This document shows, in pieces, positions 1 through 9,510 of a stretch of DNA of 64,000 nt. The stretch spans positions 96,001-160,000 of the forward strand of contig JBHLOC010000001.1 in the NCBI GenBank assembly GCA_048940925.1. The letters run 5' to 3'. Below the pieces are notes generated by a model that saw only the letters and a program-made list of their open reading frames with translations, was not told where the DNA came from and ran no database searches. Source of the DNA: Promethearchaeota archaeon (GTDB lineage Archaea; Asgardarchaeota; Lokiarchaeia; Sigyniarchaeales; SOKP01). The stretch's first letter is position 1; every line of letters starts with the position of its first letter. The position numbers and the translations under genes are program-made.

Positions 1-845
1 TCTAGTGGTTCAAGCTCTTTACCGATTACTGATGGATTGAAAAAGCATTCAGGCGCTAAAAATCTTTCTACACCGACATTTATGGTCTCTCCATCAGGTA
101 GCATGTAACTTTTTTCCATTCCAGCAACTTTCTTACTCAACATCATCTCTTTCTCTGGATCAATAGCAACATAGCAAAGTTTTTCCTTTATATCTCTCAC
201 AATTTGCTTTTCAGCTGATGTTGTAAAAGAATATCCTTTTTGTCTGAGTAATCGTTGTAAATAAGTTGTTATGTCTCTACCCGCAAGATCAATTCTCTGG
301 ATAGCATGACTTAAGGCGAATCCTTCGAAGATTGGCACAACGTGGGATACTCCATCACCAATATCTATAACACATCCGGTAGTACGACCAGAAGCATAGA
401 GAGATAAAACTGCCTGCATTGCAACATAAAGTGCAGGAGTGTTAAAAGTTTCAAACATAATTTCGGCCATTTTTTCACGGTTGGGACGCGGATTTAATGG
501 TGCTTCTGTTAAAAGTACAGGATGTTCACTTGGATCGATTCTTAGATCCGTGTAGAATGTATAGTGCCAGATTTTCTCCATGGCAGTCCAATCTTCTATA
601 ATACCGTGCTCAACTGGGAACATGAGTTTTAGAACACCTTTAAGCTGCATAGCTTCTTCCCCAATATAATATTCCCGCGTATAATGTTCAACATCTGTCA
701 TAATAGATTCATATTTAGGATAACCAATAAGAGTAGGAAAGACTGAACGAGGTTGATCTTCTCCGGCAAAACCATTTTTTGAAATACCAGTACCATTGTC
801 TACGACTAATGCTTTTGCATTCAGAAAGCTTTCTTCTTCTGCCAT
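1..845 (-). CDS. Asgard actin (Lokiactin), 3' end runs off the window
   Basis: Manual translation of the minus strand from ATG 845: [37 protein letters not shown]...[10 protein letters not shown]...[25 protein letters not shown]...[14 protein letters not shown]...[21 protein letters not shown]. These are eukaryotic-actin signature motifs. Confidence 0.98.
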   Translation of the reverse strand, partial: MAEEESFLNAKALVVDNGTGISKNGFAGEDQPRSVFPTLIGYPKYESIMTDVEHYTREYYIGEEAMQLKGVLKLMFPVEHGIIEDWTAMEKIWHYTFYTDLRIDPSEHPVLLTEAPLNPRPNREKMAEIMFETFNTPALYVAMQAVLSLYASGRTTGCVIDIGDGVSHVVPIFEGFALSHAIQRIDLAGRDITTYLQRLLRQKGYSFTTSAEKQIVRDIKEKLCYVAIDPEKEMMLSKKVAGMEKSYMLPDGETINVGVERFLAPECFFNPSVIGKELEPL

Positions 846-1374
846 ATTTTATTATCAGCCTATATTTTTAATTTTGATTTATTTGGATTTTATTTTTAGA
901 TGTATATTTTATATTACATGTGGTAATTTTAATTTTTATGTTTTATCAAAAAATTGTATTTTTAAAGAACAATTAATGTGTAAAATACAAAATTTAATAA
1001 TCTAATAAATTATGTATTTATAAATTTTTTTAAACCTTAAAGAAAATATATTGTTTAAAGAAGCGATGTATAAACGAAATTAAAATTTATAGTTATTTCA
1101 GATTTGCAAATAAGTCTATAATAGATATAATTTAATTCCATTTAATAAAGGTTTTATAACAAATTGTTATCAAAAATTTAGAATTTGCAAAAGATTGTTA
1201 TAAAAAAAGGTAAATCTAAGAACTAAAACTGAAGGAATAAAGTTGTTGGAGATATTTAATTAAATTGAATTATTTTTTATTATTAGGCTGTTATATTAGT
1301 ATACAGTTTAATTTTAATGGATTTAATATTAAATATTTCTCAATTTAGTTTGATTTAACTTTCATTCTTCTCAA

Positions 1375-2817
1375 ATGCTTTCTAATCCCGATTATATAAA
1401 AGAAAATTTAGAACAAATTGGATTAAAAGAGAGTTTAGCTCTTTTAAAAGAGCTTATTAATAGCTCAAATGATCCTAAGATAAGAAAAAAGTCAATAAAA
1501 CTTTTTGGTATAATTGATAATTGTAAAAATTTTAAATTTTTAGAACAGCTATTCCTCTCCGATGAAGATCTCCATATTAAAATGATTGCAGGAAATATTT
1601 TAAGGGATAAGTATTCAGATAAGAAAAAGCTTATAACTCTCTTAGAATATACATTAAAAAAAATAATTAATGTTGAACAGAAAATTTATGCAATATATTC
1701 TTTAAAGTCAATTGATAATTATAAAACTCGAAATATTTTAATCGAATACCTGAAGGATTTTATAAAAAATAAGTTTAAGGATAAGATTAACCAGTTTCCT
1801 GAAGAGATCTTTAGATTTAATTGTAATAATACTATTCCTGACAATTTTATTGAGGTGTGTATTAATTTAGTATTAAGTGATTATTATAAAAACAAATGTG
1901 GATTTCTTGTTACCATAAGGAAAGGAAAGATAATATCATTAAATTGTGAGAGTTCGAATATTAAGAATTTACTAGAAATTAAGGGATTAGTATATCTATG
2001 GCATTTAGAACATCTTATATTGCAAAGAAATAATATAAGAAGTTGTCACAATTTACATCTTTTAAACAACTTAAAAACTTTAGATTTGTCTTATAATAAA
2101 ATAGAAAAGATAGAAAATCTAAATAATCTAAACGATTTAGAAGTTTTAGATTTATCAAATAACAAAATTAAGATAATAGTAAACTTAGAATCTTTAAAAG
2201 AGTTAAAAAAACTATCTTTAAATAATAATTTAATTAAAGAAATTGATAATTTGAATTCTTTAGTCTCTCTTGAAGATTTAAACCTAAGTCATAATATGAT
2301 AAAAGATATAAGAAATTTAGAGCATTTAGCGAAGTTAAAAAGGCTAAATCTTTCATTTAACCATATAGAAAAGATTATGGGGCTTAGTAAATTAAATAAT
2401 TTATTATGGTTATATCTTAATGATAATAGAATTTCTCAAATTGAAGTATTAATGAGCGCTGATAAATTAAAGGGATTATATCTTTCAAATAATAGCATAA
2501 AAAAAATTGAATTTCTTGACAATTTAATAAATTTAAAGAAATTAGACCTCTCTAATAATGAGATTAAAAAAATAGAAGGATTAGATCATTTGGCTGAATT
2601 ACAAGAACTCTATTTAGATGGTAATAATATAAAAGAACTGGAAGGTTTTGATGGTTTAAAAAATTTAATCATTTTTCATATTGGGAGAAATAATTTATCA
2701 AAATTTAGAAATGAAAGTATAAAAAATTTAACCAATTTGAATTTTCTATTTCTGAATGAAAATCCTTTAGATATGGAGAGTTGGGATCAATATAAAAAGA
2801 GGTTTAGATTCCCTTAA
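1375..2817 (+). CDS. N-terminal HEAT-like repeats plus about 12-13 SDS22-type 22-aa leucine-rich repeats
   Basis: Repeated LxxLxLsxNxIxxIexL units; helical HEAT-like N-terminus (DPKIRKKSIKLFG, DEDLHIKMIAGNIL). Confidence 0.9.
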   Translation: MLSNPDYIKENLEQIGLKESLALLKELINSSNDPKIRKKSIKLFGIIDNCKNFKFLEQLFLSDEDLHIKMIAGNILRDKYSDKKKLITLLEYTLKKIINVEQKIYAIYSLKSIDNYKTRNILIEYLKDFIKNKFKDKINQFPEEIFRFNCNNTIPDNFIEVCINLVLSDYYKNKCGFLVTIRKGKIISLNCESSNIKNLLEIKGLVYLWHLEHLILQRNNIRSCHNLHLLNNLKTLDLSYNKIEKIENLNNLNDLEVLDLSNNKIKIIVNLESLKELKKLSLNNNLIKEIDNLNSLVSLEDLNLSHNMIKDIRNLEHLAKLKRLNLSFNHIEKIMGLSKLNNLLWLYLNDNRISQIEVLMSADKLKGLYLSNNSIKKIEFLDNLINLKKLDLSNNEIKKIEGLDHLAELQELYLDGNNIKELEGFDGLKNLIIFHIGRNNLSKFRNESIKNLTNLNFLFLNENPLDMESWDQYKKRFRFP

Positions 2818-2829
2818 GTATCTGGAATA

Positions 2830-3402
2830 TCATAACTCTATTTTTTGATTCAAAAAGTCATCAATCCAGAGTTCCATTAGAATTTCATCAAAAAAGGTAG
2901 AGTTCATATAAAATTGGTTTACTCGTGTCCCAACGATTTTAAAGCCTAACTTTTTATATAGATATATTGCTCTCTCATTAGTTGAAAGACAACTTAATAT
3001 GATTTTTTCCTTGTTATTTAATTTTTTAGATTCTTTAATTGCTAAGGAAATTAATTCTCGACCAATGCCAAAATCTCGATATTTTTTTTTTACAATAATA
3101 CCTAAGACACCTACATGATTAGCAGCATCCCACTCGGAATTTGAAATTTCACATTGTCCAACTATATTAAACGGAGGTTTTAAGTTAGAATTTTCCGCTA
3201 TAATGCAAATTTCATTATTTTTTTTAATATTATGAAACCATGAATCCTTTTCAATTTGAGTTCTAACAGGAAATAGAACTGGTAGATATAAACCCTCATC
3301 TATTACTTCATTAAAATTGTTCCAAATCCCCTCTACATCTGATTTTTTTAAATGTCTTATGATTATTTCTTCCCCTGTTCTAAGGGTTAAAACCTTCCTC
3401 AT
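2830..3402 (-). CDS. GNAT family N-acetyltransferase
   Basis: VKKKYRDFGIGRELI (acetyl-CoA motif A) and NERAIYLYKKLGF. Confidence 0.9.
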   Translation of the reverse strand: MRKVLTLRTGEEIIIRHLKKSDVEGIWNNFNEVIDEGLYLPVLFPVRTQIEKDSWFHNIKKNNEICIIAENSNLKPPFNIVGQCEISNSEWDAANHVGVLGIIVKKKYRDFGIGRELISLAIKESKKLNNKEKIILSCLSTNERAIYLYKKLGFKIVGTRVNQFYMNSTFFDEILMELWIDDFLNQKIEL

Positions 3403-3429
3403 TATTTAAATATAAATTTTTATAATTAT

Positions 3430-3876
3430 ATGCCTTATGGTAATATTATGAAAAATAAAAATGATCAGTTGGTAGACAAAGAAGATGAGGAAAAAGAAGA
3501 AGTACGAAAACAACCAGTTGCAAAAGATCTAGTGCAACTTAAACATGTAGAAGTGAAAAAACAAGAATTAAGTCCAGAGACAAGAGATCTTGCACAGACT
3601 TTAAAGGAACGATTTATAGAACATGATCAATTTGAAAGACTCTCTAATGATGAGCTTACGATCCTTGAATCTTTCATGGACAAAAGATTATTTTTAGAAA
3701 GAATTGCAATTATAGCCAACCAGTCAAGAATACCCTTAGGAATCCCTGGTTTTAAAAAAGCAGAATTAGAAGATATTATTGAAGGTTTAATCTCAAAAGG
3801 ATATCTAGAATCACAAATGGTGGGTGAAAAACCAGTTTATTTTTTAACTGAACGAGGAAAGTATCGCATTCAGTAA
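3430..3876 (+). CDS. Hypothetical protein with C-terminal winged helix and charged N-terminus (start may be 3448)
   Basis: LEDIIEGLISKGYL...VYFLTERG is a typical wHTH wing. Confidence 0.65.
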   Translation: MPYGNIMKNKNDQLVDKEDEEKEEVRKQPVAKDLVQLKHVEVKKQELSPETRDLAQTLKERFIEHDQFERLSNDELTILESFMDKRLFLERIAIIANQSRIPLGIPGFKKAELEDIIEGLISKGYLESQMVGEKPVYFLTERGKYRIQ

Positions 3877-3935
3877 TATTATGAATATATTTTTCTTTTT
3901 CACTTTAAATAGTTATGAGATATAATTTCTTTTGA

Positions 3936-4253
3936 TTAATCTTTTTTTAATATTAACTTATTTATAGGAATATCCTGGTATTCTCCACTAGGATTTTCCC
4001 TTCTAATAGTTAAAGGTAAGATTTTTGATTTTAATTCTAATTGAGCAATTTTAATTGGATCTATCATATCCACTGGTTTCTCCACTAGAATAGGTGCCCC
4101 AAATGATATTTGTAAAGCCCTAGCTCCTACAATCCTCGCTTTTTCATATCTAGTTAAAAATATGGGTCCAATCTTAACGAATTCTCTTACTTTTTTATAG
4201 AGTTTACGCAATTCTCGAGATTCTAAAAAACTAGACATGGTTGACTTAACCAT
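3936..4253 (-). CDS. rpo6: RNA polymerase subunit Rpo6 (RpoK)
   Basis: LTRYEKARIVGARALQIS.GAP...DPIKIA..EL....LPLTIRR. Confidence 0.96.
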   Translation of the reverse strand: MVKSTMSSFLESRELRKLYKKVREFVKIGPIFLTRYEKARIVGARALQISFGAPILVEKPVDMIDPIKIAQLELKSKILPLTIRRENPSGEYQDIPINKLILKKD

Positions 4254-4433
4254 AAAATAAGTAATTAGTGGATAAAATGTAAAATATCATATAACTTTTT
4301 CGATTTTTAAAGGCTATGAGGTACATACGTGAGGAGGGAACATACCAAACTAAAATAAATTTTTGGAATTCTAAATTCTCAAGCTTAGGTATTTTGAAAT
4401 TTTCTATTCTTACATTTTTAACAGAATTGAAAA

Positions 4434-4537
4434 TGCGCAAGGGGGGATTCGAACCCCCGACCCTCGTTATCTGTGAATCATTTTACACAGAAATACACGG
4501 TGTGAGCGTGTCGTTATAGCCACTAAACCACTCGCGC
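4434..4537 (-). tRNA. tRNA-Val(CAC) with a 31-nt intron (4463-4493) at position 44/45
   Basis: Minus strand reads GCGCGAG TG GTTT AGTGGCTA TAAC G ACACG CTCACAC CGTGT A[31 nt]GGTC GGGGG TTCGAAT CCCCC CTTGCGC A. Removing the insert gives a 73-nt cloverleaf with an AGGTC variable loop. Confidence 0.9.
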
Positions 4538-4727
4538 TTACTGATATTAACATTAATGACTAATATGAAATAAATTTTACTTTGGAAAATTAATAAAAAT
4601 TCTTTATTAAATTATTAGTAAATTAATTTAAGAATCTAAGAATTTTTTAAAGATCCAATAAAGTCTGTTGCTTTAAATAGATTTCTCAAATTATTTTATA
4701 ATGAACCGAAATAGAATGAGAGATGTT

Positions 4728-4732
4728 GGTGA
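4728..4732 (+). promoter_or_regulatory. Putative Shine-Dalgarno (GGTGA) for hef
   Basis: Archaeal SD core 5 nt before the first sense codon (GTC, 4738) of the extended hef frame. Confidence 0.5.
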
Positions 4733-4737
4733 TTTAA

Positions 4738-7038
4738 GTCTCATTAGAAAATGATTTTATTACACATCCATTAGTAAAGAATAATATAATCTCGCGACGA
4801 AAATATCAAGAAAATATTTTTATAAATTGCCTTGATAAAAATTGTTTAGTTGTTATCCCTACAGGTTTAGGGAAAACTATTATTGCTTTAATGGTAACAG
4901 TTCAAAGAATAACTGATATACCGGATTCTAAAATCATTTTTTTAGCCCCAACAAAACCTTTAGTAGAGCAACATTATAACTCTTTCTTAAGTTTAACTAA
5001 GATTAATCCGGATGAATTAGTATCAGTAACAGGCACTATATCTCCAGTGAAACGAAAATTATTATGGAAAAAGCTCCGAGTGGCTTTTATGACACCCCAA
5101 GTATTACAAAATGATATTATATCTGAAAATTATTCCATAAAAGACACCTCTTTAATCATTTTTGATGAGTGCCATAGAGCTGTTGGTGATTATGCTTATT
5201 GTTTTATTGCCAAAAAATATATTGAAAGTGCAAAAGCACCTCAAATATTAGGTTTAACAGCAAGTCCAGGTTCTACTCAGGAAAAAATTAATGAAATAAA
5301 AGAAAATCTATTTATTAACCATGTAGAAATAAGAACTGAAAATGATGTTGATGTTAAACCTTATATCCAAAATGTAGACAATCACTGGATAAAGGTTAAG
5401 CTACCTATAGAATTTATTGAAATTAAAAAAATTTTAGAAGAAAAACTAAAAACTATTTATAAATGGTTAAAAGAGAAGGAATTACTTAATTCTTATGATA
5501 TTAACAAAGTAACAAGGAAAGATCTTTTACAGCTTAATACAGTCATTAATAGAAAGATTTCATACCTAAGGGATGACAATGAGAAGTTTGAGATGTTTTA
5601 CGCTAAGAAACTACAAGCTAATGCTATCCGAATCTCACATATGCTTGAACTTCTTGAAACTCAGGGAATTAATGCCCTAAAGGATTATATTGTGAAAAAT
5701 GAAGAAAAAGTAAAAAAAAATTTGGCTAATAAATCTTTAAAAGAATTATTTATAGATAAAGATATCAAACGTGTCATAGAACTCACATATCAATTCCAAT
5801 TAAATGGAATAATTCATCCAAAACTTGAGAAATTAAAAAAAATTCTAAAAACTCAACTTAAAGAAAACCTTAACTCAAAAATTTTAGTTTTCTGTCATTT
5901 TAGAGATTCAGTGAAGAATATTGTAAGATTTTTTGAGGATGATGAGGTAATAAAAGCTCATAAATTTGTAGGGCAAGCAAAAAAAGGTTCTGATAAAGGT
6001 TTAACTCAGAAGGAGCAAATTAAGCTCCTAGAAGAATTTAAAAAAGGGAGATATAATACCCTTATAGGAACAAGTGTTGCTGAGGAAGGATTGGATATCG
6101 CAGAATGTGATTTAGTTGTTTTTTATGATGTAGTTCCAAGTGCAATACGAGCAATTCAACGCCGAGGTCGTACTGGTCGTAAAAGAGAGGGAAAAGTGTA
6201 TGTCTTAATGGCAGAAGATACAAGGGATGAGGGATATTACTGGGCAGAAAAGGTTAAAGAAAGAAATATGAGAGATAGTTTAGGAAAATTAAAGCAATTG
6301 GAACCATCAGATAAATCAGGACAATCAAACATTTTGGATTTTGTTGAAAAAGAACGTGACATAATGTTAAATCTAAAAATTGATGATGCTCATAAGTACA
6401 AAATAATATGTGATAATCGAGAGACAGCATCGTCGGTAGTTAGAACTCTTTCATTAATGGGCGTTAATTTAACATTAGAGCAATTAACTGTTGGAGATTA
6501 TGTGATTTCAAAAAGAGTAGCTATAGAGAGAAAGACAGCTCAAGATTTTAACGATTCAATAAAAGATGGGAGATTATTCAATGAGTTATTGGCCCTTAAT
6601 GATCATTTTGAAAGATCTATTTTAATTTTAGAAGGTGATCCCTTTAATGAATCTACAATTAACGAAAATGCATTATATGGAGCAATTACTACAATTATTC
6701 TAAATTTGGGCATAAATGTATATAAAACAAAGAATTCTGAAGAAACTGCTCTTTTTTTATATCAACTTGCTAAAAAAGAACAGTCAGAATCTAAAAAAAA
6801 GATTTCCATTCGGTTTGATAAAGCACCTATTGAAACTTCCCGCCTTTTGGAATATATTGTCGCTGGAATTCCGAGTGTGAATAATCTTCGAGCTAAAAAT
6901 TTATTGAATGAATTTAAAACTTTACAAAAATTATTTTTAGCTGATATTCCAGATTTAATTAAAATTGAGAAAATTGGCAAAAAAATAGCTCAAGAGATTT
7001 ATAAAATTAGTAGATATGAATATAAACCCAATCAATAA
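4738..7038 (+). CDS. hef: Hef (FANCM/XPF-like SF2 helicase + ERCC4 nuclease + HhH); true start lies upstream of the ORF-track start at 4891
   Basis: In-frame upstream sequence FITHPLVKNNIISRRKYQ...PTGLGKT (Q motif and Walker A); DECH, TAS, QRRGRTGR; nuclease motifs GDY and ERKT..D. Confidence 0.93.
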   Translation, partial: VSLENDFITHPLVKNNIISRRKYQENIFINCLDKNCLVVIPTGLGKTIIALMVTVQRITDIPDSKIIFLAPTKPLVEQHYNSFLSLTKINPDELVSVTGTISPVKRKLLWKKLRVAFMTPQVLQNDIISENYSIKDTSLIIFDECHRAVGDYAYCFIAKKYIESAKAPQILGLTASPGSTQEKINEIKENLFINHVEIRTENDVDVKPYIQNVDNHWIKVKLPIEFIEIKKILEEKLKTIYKWLKEKELLNSYDINKVTRKDLLQLNTVINRKISYLRDDNEKFEMFYAKKLQANAIRISHMLELLETQGINALKDYIVKNEEKVKKNLANKSLKELFIDKDIKRVIELTYQFQLNGIIHPKLEKLKKILKTQLKENLNSKILVFCHFRDSVKNIVRFFEDDEVIKAHKFVGQAKKGSDKGLTQKEQIKLLEEFKKGRYNTLIGTSVAEEGLDIAECDLVVFYDVVPSAIRAIQRRGRTGRKREGKVYVLMAEDTRDEGYYWAEKVKERNMRDSLGKLKQLEPSDKSGQSNILDFVEKERDIMLNLKIDDAHKYKIICDNRETASSVVRTLSLMGVNLTLEQLTVGDYVISKRVAIERKTAQDFNDSIKDGRLFNELLALNDHFERSILILEGDPFNESTINENALYGAITTIILNLGINVYKTKNSEETALFLYQLAKKEQSESKKKISIRFDKAPIETSRLLEYIVAGIPSVNNLRAKNLLNEFKTLQKLFLADIPDLIKIEKIGKKIAQEIYKISRYEYKPNQ

Positions 7039-7123
7039 AAAAGATTTTTAACCATTTCAATAATTAATAATATTATTGAATTTATTGAGATATAATTTTC
7101 TTATATAATTTTAAAACAGTGTT

Positions 7124-7705
7124 ATGATAAAATTTAAAGTTGTTGTTGCTGGGGCTAAAAATGTAGGTAAAACAAGTTTAATTCGTCGCTATGCAACAGG
7201 TAAATTTGAAATTTCTACATTATCAACTATAGGCGTTGATTTTGAAACGAAAAAAGTAATGGTTGATAATACAGAAATGCTTCTAAATATTTGGGATTTT
7301 GCTGGTGAGAAAAAATTCAGACTTTTATTCCCATCGTATGTAGCTGGTGCTTCTGGTGCTTTAATGTTATACGATGTGTCTAATAGAGAATCTTTAAATG
7401 ATCTTTATGATTGGATAAACGTTATCTCATCTGTTCCAAATGCTCCTAAAACAAAGATCTTGATTGAAGCTAAGATTGATTTAAAGAGAAAAATACAAAG
7501 AAAAGAAGCTTTAGAAATATTTAAAAAATTTAAATTTCAAGGAGAGATAATTGGAACATCCGCAAAAACCGGTGAAAATGTTGAAAAAGCTTTTGAAATG
7601 TTGGGAAGAGAAATTCTTAAGAATTCATTAAAAAAATGCCCAAATTGTGGAAAATTATATCCATTGGAATTAAAATTTTGTCAGTACTGTGGATCAAAAA
7701 ACTGA
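7124..7705 (+). CDS. Rab-like Ras-superfamily small GTPase with C-terminal zinc ribbon
   Basis: G1 GAKNVGKT, TIGVDF, WDFAGE, AKID, SAK; C-terminal CPNC...CQYC. Confidence 0.92.
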   Translation: MIKFKVVVAGAKNVGKTSLIRRYATGKFEISTLSTIGVDFETKKVMVDNTEMLLNIWDFAGEKKFRLLFPSYVAGASGALMLYDVSNRESLNDLYDWINVISSVPNAPKTKILIEAKIDLKRKIQRKEALEIFKKFKFQGEIIGTSAKTGENVEKAFEMLGREILKNSLKKCPNCGKLYPLELKFCQYCGSKN

Positions 7706-7868
7706 TTAACAATTTTAATAGGCTAGTCAAAACTATATTTTTTTTCCCTATCACATAATAATTTGATTAATTCTTCTGTTTGAAATTTCTAAAAAAGAGT
7801 CAATCTTAAAGAAAACTTTATTTAAAAAAGTAAATAAGAAGATATATACTGACACACAACTATGAGTT

Positions 7869-8951
7869 TTGAAAATGTTCTACGATATACATAAAGATAT
7901 TGAAGAGATTGAATCCCGATTAAAACAGGATAATATTTCTTTTGATGGGAAAACAATTTTAGTTACGGGAGGTGCAGGTTTTCTTGGTTCTTGGATTTGT
8001 GATGTTTTAGTTAAGCAAAAAGCATACTGTATATGTTTAGATAATTTAACTTCGGGACAACCTGAAAATATCTTACATCTTATGGAAAAAGACAATTTTC
8101 ACTTTATTAATCATGATATTTCATACCCTATATACTTTGGTTTTTCTTATCATCCCCTTGGAATATGTATTGGTGATATTAAAAAAATAGATATCGTTAT
8201 GCACATGGCAAGTAGAGCTTCTCCGTTTGAGTTTACAAAAGAACCAATTTCGATTCTTAGAAGTAATACATTAGGAACATTGAATTCTTTAGGGATTGCA
8301 AAATTCCATAACGCTATCTTTTTCTATACAAGTACATCAGAAGTCTATGGAAATCCGCCAAAAGAAGCAATTCCCACTCCAGAAACTTATTTTGGACATG
8401 TTAATCCAGTTGGTCCAAGAAGTTGTTATGATGAATCTAAAAGGGCTGGAGAAGCATTCATTAAAGCCTACGAACTTCAACACCTTTTAAGAACAAAAAT
8501 AGTAAGGATTTTTAATACTTCTGGACCTAGAATACGACATGGGTCTGAATTTGGCAGGGTGATTCCTAATTTTATTTATCAAGCTATAAATGATGAGGAT
8601 ATTACTATATTTGGAGATGGATCACAAACAAGATCTTTTATTTATGTGGTTGATGAGATTGAGGGGATATTAAAAATGGTCTATAATGACAAAGCAATTG
8701 GCGAGGTAATTAATTTAGGGAATAATAAGGAATATACCATATTGCAATTAGCTGAAATTATAAAAGAATTAACAAATTCAAATTCAAAAATAGTATTTAA
8801 AGCTTTACCTGTTGATGATCCAGTGCGTCGATGCCCAGTTATAAATAAGGCAAAAGAACTATTAAATTGGGAGCCAAAAACACCACTAGAGGAAGGATTA
8901 AAAAAAACAATCGCATGGTTCAAGGATAATGGAGAAAATAACGAAAGATAA
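7869..8951 (+). CDS. UDP-glucuronate decarboxylase-like extended SDR (UXS family)
   Basis: TGGAGFLG, ASRASP, STSEVYG, GPRSCYDESKR, GDGSQTRSF, DDPVRR. Confidence 0.88.
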   Translation: MKMFYDIHKDIEEIESRLKQDNISFDGKTILVTGGAGFLGSWICDVLVKQKAYCICLDNLTSGQPENILHLMEKDNFHFINHDISYPIYFGFSYHPLGICIGDIKKIDIVMHMASRASPFEFTKEPISILRSNTLGTLNSLGIAKFHNAIFFYTSTSEVYGNPPKEAIPTPETYFGHVNPVGPRSCYDESKRAGEAFIKAYELQHLLRTKIVRIFNTSGPRIRHGSEFGRVIPNFIYQAINDEDITIFGDGSQTRSFIYVVDEIEGILKMVYNDKAIGEVINLGNNKEYTILQLAEIIKELTNSNSKIVFKALPVDDPVRRCPVINKAKELLNWEPKTPLEEGLKKTIAWFKDNGENNER

Positions 8952-9453
8952 AGAAAAAACCAAAAAAAGTATAAGTAATAAGCATTTTGATTTATTACTT
9001 AAGATTTCTTTAATTCTGGGAATAATAATTGTTTCAGGATTTATAGTTTACTATGCTTTTCATCCTGAACCTGGATATGTTACGTTAGGGATATTAAATG
9101 AAAACAGACGAGCAGAAGACTATCCAACTAAAGCATCTATTAATGAGACTGTTTTTTTTTATATCTCTGTTGGTAACCACTTGAATAAAGACTTTTCATT
9201 TCAAATTAGAATTAAAAAAGGTGACAATAATACTATATTATCTAGATCTATAGAGTCAAATGGTACATTAGTTTTTATAGTCGGCAATTTTACATTAAAA
9301 AATAAGGAAAACTGGATTTCTGAACAACTAAACATCTCCTTTTCAGAAATAGGTACAAATCAGTTAATAATTGCTGAATTATGGCAAATTATTAAGGCAA
9401 GTCAAATAAATTTCTATAATAACGTATATCTTAGGTTAAATATTACTTCTTAA
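8929..9453 (+). CDS. DUF1616-like membrane-anchored protein
   Basis: One transmembrane helix, then GILNENRRAEDYP...VGNH, ending in VYLRLNIT. Confidence 0.65.
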   Translation: MEKITKDKEKTKKSISNKHFDLLLKISLILGIIIVSGFIVYYAFHPEPGYVTLGILNENRRAEDYPTKASINETVFFYISVGNHLNKDFSFQIRIKKGDNNTILSRSIESNGTLVFIVGNFTLKNKENWISEQLNISFSEIGTNQLIIAELWQIIKASQINFYNNVYLRLNITS

Positions 9454-9510
9454 TTCATTTGATATCTTATTTGCTTTCTGTGAATCTCTTTTCTTTATAT
9501 TACTACTTCT

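Noticed and set aside
796-1005. 69-aa plus-strand ORF
   Set aside because: Overlaps the actin start antisense and runs into AT-rich promoter DNA; no protein-like features.
1102-1191. Palindromes ATTTGCAAAT, ATAACAAATTGTTAT and TTTGCAAA in the actin-LRR spacer
   Set aside because: Plausible operators, but likely by chance in very AT-rich DNA; no independent support.
2000-2770. 66-bp periodicity
   Set aside because: Explained by 22-aa LRR coding repeats; not a CRISPR array or DNA tandem repeat.
4463-4493. Insert read as a long variable arm (Leu/Ser/Sec-type tRNA) or as a canonical 37/38 intron
   Set aside because: The anticodon is CAC in a perfect 5-bp stem, the insert is too long for a variable arm, and a 37/38 excision would not rebuild the anticodon stem.
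4246-4519. ORFs 4246-4440(-) and 4316-4519(+)
   Set aside because: They overlap the tRNA gene; the RKGGFEPPT peptide is the typical antisense-tRNA artefact.
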